DNA of 64,000 nucleotides, from contig NC_042998.1 in assembly GCF_006345805.1 (NCBI RefSeq), positions 186,000,001-186,064,000 of the forward strand, in the 5' to 3' direction. The position numbers were made by a program, and so were the translations under genes. The notes under the pieces were generated by a model that saw nothing but the letters and a program-made list of their open reading frames with translations, had not been told where the DNA came from and did not search any database. This stretch comes from Octopus sinensis. Its lineage: Eukaryota. Shown piece after piece: positions 39,701 through 50,325 of the stretch; positions within the stretch are counted from its first letter, which is position 1; every line of letters begins with the position of its first letter.

Positions 39701-40297
39701 TCCACAACCCGTGGCCTTCTACATGGGATGGAGCCAGCCTACGTATGCATACCTTCCCTTCTTGGGACACAAAACTCTACTTGTGAAGACGTGTTGAGGC
39801 AAGTGAGGATCAGAATCGAAATCGATCAATGGAAATTGCGGATGTGCTACCAGTGCCGGTGGAATGTCGAAACTCTGCTTGTGAAGACCCATTGAGGCAA
39901 GTGAGGATCAGAATCGAAATCGATCAATGGAAATTGCAGATGTGTTACCAGTGCCGGTGGCATGTAAGAGAACTTTCCGTTTCGCGACCGTTGCCAGCAC
40001 CGCCCCGTTTCGTGTCCGTTGCCAGCCTCGCCTGGCCCTCGTGCCGGTGGCACATAAAAAGCACCATCCGTTCGTGGCCGTTTGCCAGCTCTGTCTGGCA
40101 CCAGTGCGGGTGGCACGTAAAAAGCACCCACTACACTCACGGAGTGGTTGGCGTTAGGAAGGGCATCCAGCCGTAGAAACACTGCCAGATTTGACTGGGC
40201 CTGATGAAGCCTTCTGGCTTCACAGACCCCAGTAGAACCGTCCAACCCATGCTAGCATGGAAAACGGACGCTAAATGATGATGATGATGATGATGAT
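36773..40297 (+). mobile_element. RTE-clade LINE, 5'-truncated, young
   Basis: APE-RT reading frame begins at RWRGGSAR (36773). The 3' UTR ends in the CATGCTAGCATG palindrome and a (TGA)n tail at 40276-40297. Confidence 0.95.
36863..39601 (+). CDS. RTE ORF: partial AP endonuclease, reverse transcriptase and Cys/His finger; C-terminal frameshift
   Basis: 912-aa ORF with AGDFNGH, SQIDYIL, QFGF, AFDRV, GVHQGSVLSP and LYADD motifs. A 1-bp loss near 39580 diverts GRPRKTW; the original frame would end at TGA 39697-39699. Confidence 0.92.
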   Translation: MGILIAEKWVDKVIEVIRVSDRILKIRLVLHHSLATIISAYAPQSGLPDGQKDRFYDTLLQTTSLTNDRDLIFVAGDFNGHVGRHAGGFHGVHGGYGYGSRNEEGTRLLEFCDANNLMICNTNFRKPTSHLVTYQSGQHTSQIDYILTRQRERWLLINAKTFPGEECTPQHRLVVSDFRIRTRRTTRRRQIWRRRIWKLKDPANGQRFRDILLEASDEVEGDRASQGVEDSWTFLRDNLLRATDQICGWCKVPSRPRITWWWNNIVDRAIREKRQAWKVWKNGGSRELYQTAKREARRQVYLARGEADKKKFANVLRREDQRLEVFRVARQCVRENRDVVGEKCVRMEDGSLALNEDAKREVWRCHYERLLNEENEWDKESLPNVDPTEGPAIRVDSSVVAKAIRSMKTGKAPGPSGITAEMLKMSGSVGYSLVTHIVNQVIHKGVIPNDWCSSIIVNCYKGKGDALDTNNYRGIKLLDQVMKVTERVIAQLIRERVSLDEMQFGFVPGKSTTDAIFLVRQLQEKYLAKDKPLYLAFVDMEKAFDRVPRSLIWWAMRKLGIDEWLVRAVRAMYRDAASRVRVGNEYSEEFRVEVGVHQGSVLSPLLFIIVLQAITEEFKTGCPWELLYADDLALIAESLSELEEKFQVWKQGLESKGLRVNLAKTKVVISRKVDKSQTPSGRWPCSICRKGVGRNSIRCTKCKLWTHKRCSNVKGRLTRKMVFVCGRCSGTINTENALRPTSVTFQGEKLEIVDSFRYLGDQVSSGGGCAESVTARVRIAWAKFRELLPLLVTKGLSHRVKGRLYDACVRTAMLHGSETWAVTAEDMRKLARNEASMLRWMCNAGTHTRQSVSTLREKLDLRSISCGVQERRLRWYGHVARMDEDSCVKKCHTLAVEGTCGRGRPRKPGTRW

Positions 40298-40854
40298 TTA
40301 AGATGGTGCAGCCCAATTTGAGAGAGGTTTGGCTGCTACTTCTAGTAGGTTGTGTGATCACATACAGGCCTACTCAGTGACATGTGTCAGCTGATAATAT
40401 CAGAGAAAATAATATCATTGGATTTGATGCCCACTTTTAAACTGTCAATAAAGAATTGCTAGTTAGTAATGGAACGGAAATATTGTTCCATTCAAAGCAG
40501 GAATGGTTATACATATGATAGTTATAAAAAGTTTAAGTTAACCAGGATGTTAATTATAAGTAGAGATACATTCATGCTTTAGAAAATAACAATACTAGGA
40601 TTTGTAATTGTTAGCATGGAATAATTGTATACATGTATTCTAAGTTGTATCTGATATTTTGTGAAGCATGAAGGGAGATTTTTGATATGTCTCTCAAATC
40701 ATAGATAACGATTTTTAACATTGGCATAAAGCCAAGATAGTTGGAATAGCCATAGTCAATCAAATAGATTCCTGTGTTTCATTGACTTTGGAAGGGCAAA
40801 TCTCACAGGATTTGAATGTAAAGGAATGCAAATGAATCTGTCAATTCATCAGAT

Positions 40855-41100
40855 TCATCATCATAATCATCATCATCATCGTTTACCGTTCGTTTTCCAT
40901 GCTAGCATGGGTTGGACGGTTCGACCGAGGTCTGGGAACCCAGGAGCCTGCACCAGGCTCCAGTCTGATCCGGCAGTGTTTCTACAGCTGGACGCCAACC
41001 ACTCTGTGAGTGTAGTGGGTGCTTTTTACGTGCCAGGCGAGGCTGGCAACGGCCACGATCGGTCAGTGCTTTTTACGTGCCACCAGCACGAAAGCCAGTC
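40855..41100 (-). mobile_element. RTE 3' end
   Basis: (CAT)n plus RTE terminal motifs. Confidence 0.85.
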
Positions 41101-41171
41101 AATTTTACAATTTAGTGTGTTCATTCATTTGTAAAATACAAAACATAATTTCTGAATCATAAAATATAGGG

Positions 41172-41932
41172 TTCAAATTTTGGCACAAGGCCAGCAATTT
41201 TGGGGAGTGGTAAACCAATTACATCAATTCCAGTACTCAACTGGTACTTATTTTATTGACTCTGAAAGGATGAAAGGCAAAGTTAACCTCAGTTTGTTGT
41301 TTGTTCCTTCTCGAGCCCTGCCTGGCTCATAAGGACCAGTTTCCCAGTTTCCTTGGCGTATAGGTTCCCCACCTGGACAGGACGCCAGTCTGTCACAGGT
41401 GAGTTGCAAGATGCAGGAGGAAATGGTGAGAGAAAGTTATGGTGAATGAGTCAGCAGAAGTTCGCCATTACCTTCTGCTGGAGCTGCATGGAGCTTAGGT
41501 ATTTCGCTCATAAACACAAACATCACCCGGTCTGAGATTTAAACCCGCTATCCCTCGACCGCGAGTTTGCTGCTCTAACTACTAGGCCATGTGCCTCCAC
41601 AAAGATAACCTCAGTAGAATTTGAACTCAGAATGTAAAGACAGATGAAATACTGCTAAGCATTTGGCCTGATGTGCTAACAGTTTAGTTAACTTGCCAAC
41701 ACACTATATCATAAAACATTTCAAATTTTGGCACAAAGCCAGTATTTTCAGAGGAGGGGGTAAGTTGATTACGATGACCCCAGTGTTCAACTGGTACTTA
41801 TCTTATCAATCCCAAAAAGATGAACTGCAACACTGACCTTGGCAGCATTTGAACTCAGAACGTAAAGACAGATGAAACGCCACAAGCCATTTTGCCTAGC
41901 ATGCTAATGGTTCTGCTAGCTCACCACCTAAT
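41172..41932 (-). mobile_element. Two SINE family A copies, the first interrupted by SINE C
   Basis: Family A motifs at 41172-41293 plus 41606-41700, and at 41720-41932. Confidence 0.8.
41294..41605 (-). mobile_element. SINE family C nested in SINE A
   Basis: 10-bp TSD TAACCTCAGT (41284-41293 and 41606-41615). Confidence 0.88.
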
Positions 41933-42045
41933 TGAATCATGAAACATTGTTTTCTAATTGTTGCACAAGGCCAGTAATTTTGGGAAGAAGGTGAGCCAGC
42001 TCATTGACCCCAATACCCAACTGGTACTTATTTTATTCCCCCTCC

Positions 42046-42356
42046 TCATCATCATCGTTTAATGTCCGCATTGGTTGGATGGTTCGACCAGGGTCTGGGA
42101 AGCCAGGAGGCTGCATCAGGCACCAGTCTGATCTGGCAGTGTTTCTACAGCTTGATGCCCTTCCTAACGCCAACCACTCTGTGAGTGTAGTGGGTGTTTT
42201 TTACATGCCACCGGCAGAGGGGCCAGAGGGGGCTGGCAAATGGCCACGATCAGTTGGTGTTTTTTTATGTGTCACTGACATGGATGCCAGTCAGGCGGCG
42301 CTGGCATCAGCCACGTTCAGGTGGTGCTTTTTACATGCGGGTATCTTAACTACAAT
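42046..42356 (-). mobile_element. RTE 3' end
   Basis: RTE terminal motifs and modules. Confidence 0.82.
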
Positions 42357-42937
42357 TCCCATTTAATTTTATTCGACGTTGGTGTTGACATACTTATTGA
42401 CCTTGAAAAATTGAAAAGTTAAGTCAACCTTGGTAGAATTTCGACTCAAAACATTAAGACAAATGAAAATGTCACTAAGCGTTTTGCCTGACATGCTACA
42501 ATTCTGCAAGCTTGCTGCCTTATTGAATCATAAAGTAAATTAAAAGTCCATGAAATAAAAGTCTATCACAAGTCTACAGGCACATTTAGGCCAGAGTTTA
42601 TCCTTGATTCCATGACATTTAAGTGGCTGAGAGTACAAGACTAAGCCTTGAATGAAATGTAAATCTGTCAACAAATTTAAGTCTACCTCTAGCTGTTGCT
42701 GGTGTTTATTTTCAGCAGAATTGGAGTGAAGAAATGAGAAGTGAAGTGCCCCAAACGCAAACCACTACACAATGCAATGCACCTTCACTTTAGAAGAATT
42801 CAATATAACTGAAATAATAAAAGTGAACATCCTTGATAATAAAAAGTATATTTGAACTGAAAAATATAGTCATTTTGGTAAATTAATTTTGATATATCTT
42901 GCAGTTGCAAACAGTTATTAATTTTTGTGTTTAGATA

Positions 42938-42948
42938 TGATGATGATG

Positions 42949-42980
<32 letters not shown>

Positions 42981-43000
42981 GATGATGATGATGGTGATGA
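42938..43000. repeat. (GAT)n microsatellite
   Basis: Read directly from the sequence. Confidence 0.97.
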
Positions 43001-43558
43001 CTTATTTTGCAGCTTCATTATTTCAAAACCTATTTTATCATTTGACTCGAAGGGTGGATTGAAATGTTGAACAGACTTGATAAATATCAAGGCAACAATT
43101 GGGTAAAGTAAGGTGTGTATGTGTGTGTGTGGGGGGGGGGGAAGAGTAAGAGAGAGAGAGAGGGGGGAGAGGGAGAGATGGAGAGAGAAAGAAATGGATA
43201 GAGAGGAAGATAGTTGAGGAAAAAAAATTAATTGAGCAGTAAGAGATGATTCAGACAGATAAATGGAACAAAGGAGACGGGAGGAATAATAAATTGAGCA
43301 TTGAGAGATTGTTTATACACATGCACACACACACACACACACACACACACGCGCGCGCGCGTGCGCGGACGCACAGATGAGGAGAAAAAAAAAGAGACTA
43401 ACAGAAAGTGTAATGAGAACATTGAAGAAGTGGTGGAGAAAAGAGAGAAAACAGTGGTAAAATTTTGAAATGGATTAAGGGAAATTATAAATGAGAAGAA
43501 AGTCAAAGAATGATAGATAAGTGTATATTCATTTATAGGTATGTGTGTATGGATGGCT

Positions 43559-43564
43559 GGATAG

Positions 43565-43597
<33 letters not shown>

Positions 43598-43606
43598 TAG
43601 ACAGAC

Positions 43607-43673
<67 letters not shown>

Positions 43674-43684
43674 TTGACAGATAG

Positions 43685-43737
<53 letters not shown>

Positions 43738-43884
43738 CAGACAGACAGATAGAAAAACAGATAGATAGATAGACAGATATGTTTCTTTATTAGCCACACA
43801 GGGCTGCACACAGACGGGACAAATTACAAGACAGATAGATAGATAGACAGACAGACATATAGATAGATAGACAGACAGACAGAC

Positions 43885-43934
<50 letters not shown>

Positions 43935-43958
43935 GGAGAGAGAGAGAGAGAGAGAAAC

Positions 43959-43989
<31 letters not shown>

Positions 43990-44030
43990 CAGATAGATAG
44001 ATAGATAGACAGGTAGACAGACAGACAGGC
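43559..44030. repeat. (GATA)n/(GA)n/(GACA)n compound tract
   Basis: Read directly from the sequence. Confidence 0.97.
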
Positions 44031-47000
44031 AGAGAAAGAAGAGAAAGAGAAAGAGAAAAGAGAATAGGGAGGGGTGAGAGAGAGAGATGTTTAAAAAAAA
44101 TGGAATAGTGGAAATCCGTGAGGCGTAGGAGAAAGAGAGGGAATTGAATCCAGACAGTAACAGAGAAATGGGGGGAAGCAGATAGGCAGGAGGTGGATTA
44201 AAAGAAGGGAAATTAAAAGAGCCGAGATTGATCGGAATGAGGATGTTACTGGAAGATAAGATAAGATCGAAGAAAAATAAGAAAATATTAAAGAAAAATA
44301 ACCGAATATGGAACTAAAATGAAATAGAAGAAGCTTTCCAATTGGTGGAAAGCTTATTCACATCTAACGAATGAAACTTCTCCTCTTACTCTCGTTTGTT
44401 AGAAGAGAAATAGAGAGAACCACAATGAGAGGAGGGAAGGAAAAAAAAAAGGGGGAAGTTTGTGAATGAGGAGGAAAGAGAGAGAGAGAAAACATTAACA
44501 CGTACATACACATACATGATTTGATGAAGCTATAAACTCTACTTTGGTATTTACATACAGTTCTGTCTTGTTTATTTATTAACCCTATTTTTTTTCTCTC
44601 TCCAGTAAACAGTTCAAAAAAATGTAATCGAAGAAAAACAAAAATGAATCAAAATACAGACAAAAGCAAAAACAAAGTTTCATAACTAGCCTGTTCTGTT
44701 AATTGATAATTGCAAGAGGAAACAAAAAGCAGGTGGTTGACTAATTTCCTACGATGATATCCCGGTTTATTTAGTAGTCGATTGAACACTAATTTGGATC
44801 TTCCTTTTTCTCCCGCTTTGAACGGCAATGTCTCGGCGAACCACTACATGTTTACAGGACACGTTCACAACCCTTTAAAATCAGCAATAAGAGAAGAATT
44901 AACTCGAAATTGTATTTTTGTAGAAACCTCGCGATTTATCGGTTCTTTCGCCAGTCGTCTTTTTTTTCTTTTAAATTTTATTTTCGTCACCACCTTTTTT
45001 CTACCACCATACTGTCATCAGACCGATCTCATCAGAGTCTTCCCACACATTTTCTAATCACTCAGGATTTGCTATAATTGAACATTGCACAAACACACCC
45101 ACACACACGCACGTTGCTAAAAACGGCTCCATTTTCACAATAACGTATAATATATTTATATATTGACAAATATATATATATCAGGTTTAGGAACTGATTC
45201 TCTGCAAACCTTGTTTTATCCACGCCCATTCTAGACTATTCATTACTTTCTCTCTCTCCTTCTCTCTCTCATATATATGTATATAGATAGATAGATATAT
45301 AGATAGATAGATAACATGAGTGGAAAAGAAAGTGTAATATAGTCACTCATATTCCACTCTCTTCTATTTCACTATCTCTTTTCCCGCCCCCTCTCTCTGC
45401 GCACATACATACATACATATATATATATATATACATATATATAAAGTAAAGCTTGTTTAAAGAGAAATAGCTGATTATCAGCTAGTAAATAATATCACTA
45501 GTGTAGTTACAAAGGGGGATTTGGTGTTCGAGATGGAGACTTTAAGGTGACGTTTGGTGGTGGCTTTATTTTTACCCTCCCACGTTTTTTTTTGTTTCCT
45601 TTCGTCGTCGTCTGAGAGGCATTGGTCAACTGGTGTCATTCTTGGTTGACAAAATGTCTAACACATTCCTACATTTAGGAGACATTGTATCTCTTTATGC
45701 TGAAGGCAGCGTATGTGGCTTTATTTCCACGCTGGGGTAAGTATTTACTTACATTCTTCCTTTTGACCGAAACCCCTTGTCATACCTTAACTTTGTCGAA
45801 TTTTCTCTTTGATTCTATGTATTTATGTCTTTGATTTCCCCATACTATCTTTATTTTGAATTATTCTCTTTAATCTTTCCAATATTCCTTGTTCTTTCTC
45901 TCTCTCTCTCTCTCTCACACACTTTCTGTTTTTTCGTTCCTTTTCTCTTTCTTTTTATCGCTTTACTCTTTTCCTTGATATGTAATAACCATTTCTTGAT
46001 ATCTAAATCACCTCTTACATTAACTGTCAAATTTCTACACCACTTTCTCCGCATCATTTGTCCCACTGTTTCTGATTATTCCCACACCTCGTGAATGGTC
46101 AGTATAAACCATGATTACCCGTTAACCATTTACGATTCTATATCCACCTGTTCCAGCTGTTGTTTATCTTTTCTTCCTTCAACGCCAGGAACACTTCCAA
46201 TACTGATTGATCACTATATAACGGTTGCCCGCACATCGTTCTATTTTTTTTTTCTCTCTCGGAATTTTCAGAACTGTCAAAAATAATAAATAGTATTCAA
46301 GTTAGAATTAGAACACTTAAATCTAATAATAACCAAAACAATTAAACCTTTAGTTATTAATAATTGAACACACGTACATTCTAGGGAGAGAAGTTTTTCT
46401 TTTTAACACTATCAATAAATAGCAGAAATAGTACATTTCTTCTGTATATGTTCAGATGTAATTATATAACACAGTCGTTTCAAAACCTGTTGAGGTTGAC
46501 CAGAAGACTAGTAAGCATTGATTACCCATACAAAACAATTTGGTTAACATATGACAAATGACTTGTAAAATCTTGAATTTATGACTGAAATATTTAGCCC
46601 AACGTAGAGAGAATTTCAAATATACACTTTGTAATAAGTTTGTCTATAGCTTACATTTTCAGGAAAGCAAGCTAGATTGTAACTACAGTTAAAACGTGAT
46701 ATTACATTACATACACACACACACGTATGTATGTATGATATTGGTTTTAGTCATTGGTAGTATACGATACTTAGTATGTATATTTCAACCAACAAACACT
46801 GACATTCAATCCTCACCCGAACAGGCTCGGCCTTGTTTGGCGACCACTTGTCAAACGGGCAAAATTTAAGCCAAAATAGATGTTTGCTTTACAATACTGG
46901 GTAACGTTAATAGTAGATTTGATAACAGTTTCATATTAAACACACACGGATATGAAATAATATTCTCAAGAAGTCGTTTATATGGCAAGATCTTTCACAG

Positions 47001-48700
47001 ATGATCTCCCGGCGAATTGAGTTCGCACACTAGATGCGAGCGAATCCCATTGATAGCATTTTTCATTAACATTACTTTGGAGAAGCATAACTGCTAGTAT
47101 CGTTTCTTTACGTTTATTGTCGGGGAAAAATCATATCAAATTATATTTACATTTAAAAGTATTATATGTATTAAGTTCAATGACAGAAGCAAGGAAAATA
47201 ATGTGAAACGTGCGCGCGCGTATGAAATATTTATGCGCTAAGTTTATATACAAACACATGTCATAGGCACGAACAGCGGTTTTGTAATGTTGAGATTATG
47301 ATAAACGATTCGCTTGAGTAACCGAATAACAGTTTTTCATTAGTTTCCTCCTATATATCGTAGTTTTTTCGTTTTCTTTTGTTAGAGGAACCAAAAGAAA
47401 ATTAATTGGGTTGCTCGTTCCCTTATCATTATAACAGACGGAAACAACTTGTCATTCCAGTTACCACTTGGGGGTTGTTGATAAGGTTGTCAGATAGTTA
47501 AACTTGTGCTGTTAATATTGCTAATACTAAGGTGTCTGATAGTTGAACTTATTAATATTTAACGGAGAGAAATGTTTGTAAAATCTTCTGTCAATGTACC
47601 CTTCATTTATTCAATTGTTCTCTGCATTTCATTGTATACATTCGGAATGTTCACCGCCAGTTCAATTAGTTAGAACCTGTTTCACGTGAAAATACCGAAG
47701 TAAATACAACAGAATAAAATATAACAATTATTATTGATTTAGTGCTGAGTTTTAACAATTAGATTACTATTATTATGTATTTTAATGAAACGAGGGCGTT
47801 TAACCTTACGTTGTGTACTATTTCGCGGATATTACATGAAAACCAAAGCCAATTCATATTTGTGAAATCCTATTTTGTTTGAGATCTAAGAAGTACTGGT
47901 ACTTTCGTGGGGGTAGTTATCACTTGTTGAGTCAGTAATTCTTTCAGGAGCCACTATGATCTATAGAAAACCAGTATTATAACTGTGATTTTTTGTTGTT
48001 GTTTAACTGATCTATGACCAACGAATTTTTGTTTAGGGCTACCTTATCCAACGTGCCCCACCCCTTTTATATAATATTGTAGGCAGGGTACGATATGAGA
48101 GAGATTCAACTGTTGTTTCCAGCTAGTCGAACAACTGCATAGAGGTTCTCTCAGTGGCTTGTAGCTGCTGTACTTTATATTAGACAGATGTGGGGAATTT
48201 CTCCTTGGATAGGTTGCTAGTCTGTTGCAGGTAACTTTTTCTTAATGAAAGTGGCATGGAAAAGTGATAAGTTTTTTGCGGTGGATATAAATTCTCGTGG
48301 TTTGATACTTTATCCATTTAGTTTTTAAAGAACTTGCATTAATAATGTGAGTTGCGTTACACATGTTTTATTTTGGGATCAGATAGGATTCTTGCTTATA
48401 ATATTCCTGAAGAATTTGTTTATACCACAAGTATTTTATCAGTTTGTGAATCTGCTCACTGGCATGTTTTGCATGTTTATGCTACAAACAACTCTGTTTG
48501 GAAAAGCTGAGATTGAATCGGTTTTTCTTTGCATTACCATTAATACTGGCTGAACCCATTGGCATTCTTTAAAAAAAAAAAAAAAGATAAGATCTAAAAC
48601 TAATAAAAGCTCTTTGTCATTTTTCAAAATAACTTTTACTTGCCAGAAAGAGGAAGAGGCTTTTACTATATATTCAAAGTGAAAGAATATATATTCTTTT
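44030..48700. promoter_or_regulatory. TE-free, visibly CpG-richer region around the ITPR first coding exon (putative promoter/5' regulatory domain)
   Basis: No recognisable SINE or RTE copy over about 4.7 kb, unlike the rest of the window. CG dinucleotides are frequent by eye (e.g. 44810-44960, 46815-46860, 47005-47045, 47210-47221). Not counted. Confidence 0.5.
45654..45736 (+). CDS. ITPR: First coding exon of an inositol 1,4,5-trisphosphate receptor
   Basis: Translates to [28 protein letters not shown], matching the conserved IP3R N-terminus (vertebrate MSSFLHIGDI.SLYAEGS.NGFISTLG). It ends GG|GTAAGT, a canonical donor. The next exon was not found in the window. Confidence 0.93.
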
Positions 48701-48720
48701 GAAGTCCCATTTCTTTTAAA

Positions 48721-49025
48721 TCATCATCATCATCATCATTTAGCGTCTGCTTTCCATGCTAGCGTGGGTTGGACAGTTCAACTGGGGTCTGTGAAGCCAG
48801 AAGGCTGCATCAGGCCCAGTCTGATCTGGCAGTGTTTCTACGGCTGGATGCCCTTCCTAACGCCAACCACTCCGTGAGTGTAGTGGGTGCTTTTTACGTG
48901 CCACCCACACAGGTGCCAGACGGAGCTGGCAAACAGCCACGGACAGATGGTGCTTTTTACGTGCCAGGCGGGGCTGGCAACAGCCACGAACGGATGGTGC
49001 TTTTTACGTGCCACCGGCACGAGGC
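48721..49025 (-). mobile_element. RTE 3' end
   Basis: (CAT)n, RTE terminal motifs and three GGTGCTTTTTACGTGCCA modules. Confidence 0.87.
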
Positions 49026-49495
49026 CACTCAATATCCACACTCCCCCTCAATATGTTTTATTAGTTCTGTCAGACCTCTTCAATAAAGCTGTCTTTATCA
49101 AGTTTCTTACATCTGTATGGATTGTCTGGTGCAATAGTATATAATAACAGTTTGAAACAACAGTTATCAGCTCATGGAACAATGCTACAATCTTGCATAG
49201 CTTCTCTTCAAGATATGTTGATATATTCACTTTTATTCTTTCTTTCTGTCTTTATTTCATATTTTTAAGATAGTTTCTAATCCATCTCACTAAATGGCTT
49301 TCCCTTTTTTAAGTAAATATTAGATATTGTTACAGTTATTGTTTTTCAAAAAGCTATAGAGTGATAGAGTACTGAGCAAAATAACTTGCAGCCTATAGTT
49401 ACATTCCTTTGCATACCAAGTTCAAATCTTGCTGAAGTCAATATATCTTTAATCATTCCAGTGAACAACTGATAAACTAAATTCAGTTAACTATA

Positions 49496-49706
49496 CAGGG
49501 TATCCATAAATTATCTTTACAATTTGAAAAATTAAAAAAACAACAACCCCCCCCCCCCCAGAAAATAAGGATAACTCTGAAATTTATTGGAAAACAAAGT
49601 TTTATTAGAAACATCAGAACACTTCTGGACACAGTTTCTATTGGATCTCAACTTTAATAGATACAATTAATTGTGGAAGTTGTAATGATAATTTATGGAC
49701 ATCCTG
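49496..49706. mobile_element. Tc1/mariner-type MITE
   Basis: TA|CAGGGTATCCATAAATTATC...GATAATTTATGGACATCCTG|TA. Confidence 0.8.
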
Positions 49707-50149
49707 TATATTCCTACTATAAATTTATGATGTAACAGTGTAAGAACTCTATGTTGCTGTTGATATTATTAATGGGGTATATATCTCAAAAACATAAAAT
49801 TTTCACTTTTGAGGCCATTTCCGCTTCTAAACTGTAACTGACATTTATATATGATACTAAGAGAATATGTGGTATGATTAACCATTTGTTTTGATGGAGA
49901 AGCAACAAGTAAAATAAAATTATAAAAGAAACATAAGATCAATGGATATATAGGCACAGGAGTGGCTGTGTGGTAAGTAGCTTGCTAGCCAACCTCTGGG
50001 TTCAGTCCCACTGCGTGGCACCTTGGGCAAGTGCCTTCTACTATAGCCTCGGGCCGACCAAAGCCTTGTGAGTGGATTTGGTAGACGGAAACTGAAAGAA
50101 GCCTATTGTAAATATGTATATATATATAGAGATATATATATACATTTTT

Positions 50150-50325
50150 TTTTTTCCTCTGTCTTCCCTTCTTTGGATCTTTCCTTCTCCTATGCTTCCG
50201 ACAAAGAGCTCCGCTTGAAACGTTAAACCCTCCTTCTTTCCTTCTTTCCTGAGCGTCCAATAATACTATATTTGTTCCACGTCCTCGCGTTGTGTTTTTT
50301 TGTGCTTTCTTGTTTGGATTAACTA
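50150..50325 (+). mobile_element. Penelope-type terminal fragment inserted in (TA)n
   Basis: Same family as 21585-21780. Confidence 0.6.
50194..50228 (+). ncRNA. Decayed minimal hammerhead motif
   Basis: GCUU-CCGACAA-A-GAGC UCC GCUU-GAAA-CGU-U-AAAC. Confidence 0.38.

Noticed and set aside
39960-40130. Regularly spaced GTGCC..GGCAC/AAAAAGCACC units resembling a CRISPR array
   Set aside because: Eukaryotic context, degenerate repeats, related spacers and no cas genes; they are part of the RTE 3' UTR.
40195-40230. CTGATGA followed by a hairpin in the RTE 3' UTR
   Set aside because: No GAAA follows, and other copies read CTGGTGCA, so it is a private mutation.
45010-45040. Two CTGATGA motifs on the minus strand near the ITPR promoter
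   Set aside because: No stem II closing onto a GAAA and no stem I, so not a hammerhead.
48195-48240. Possible exon ending in CAG|GTAACT in the ITPR intron
   Set aside because: No ITPR-like translation and no clear acceptor, so it is unsupported without RNA data.
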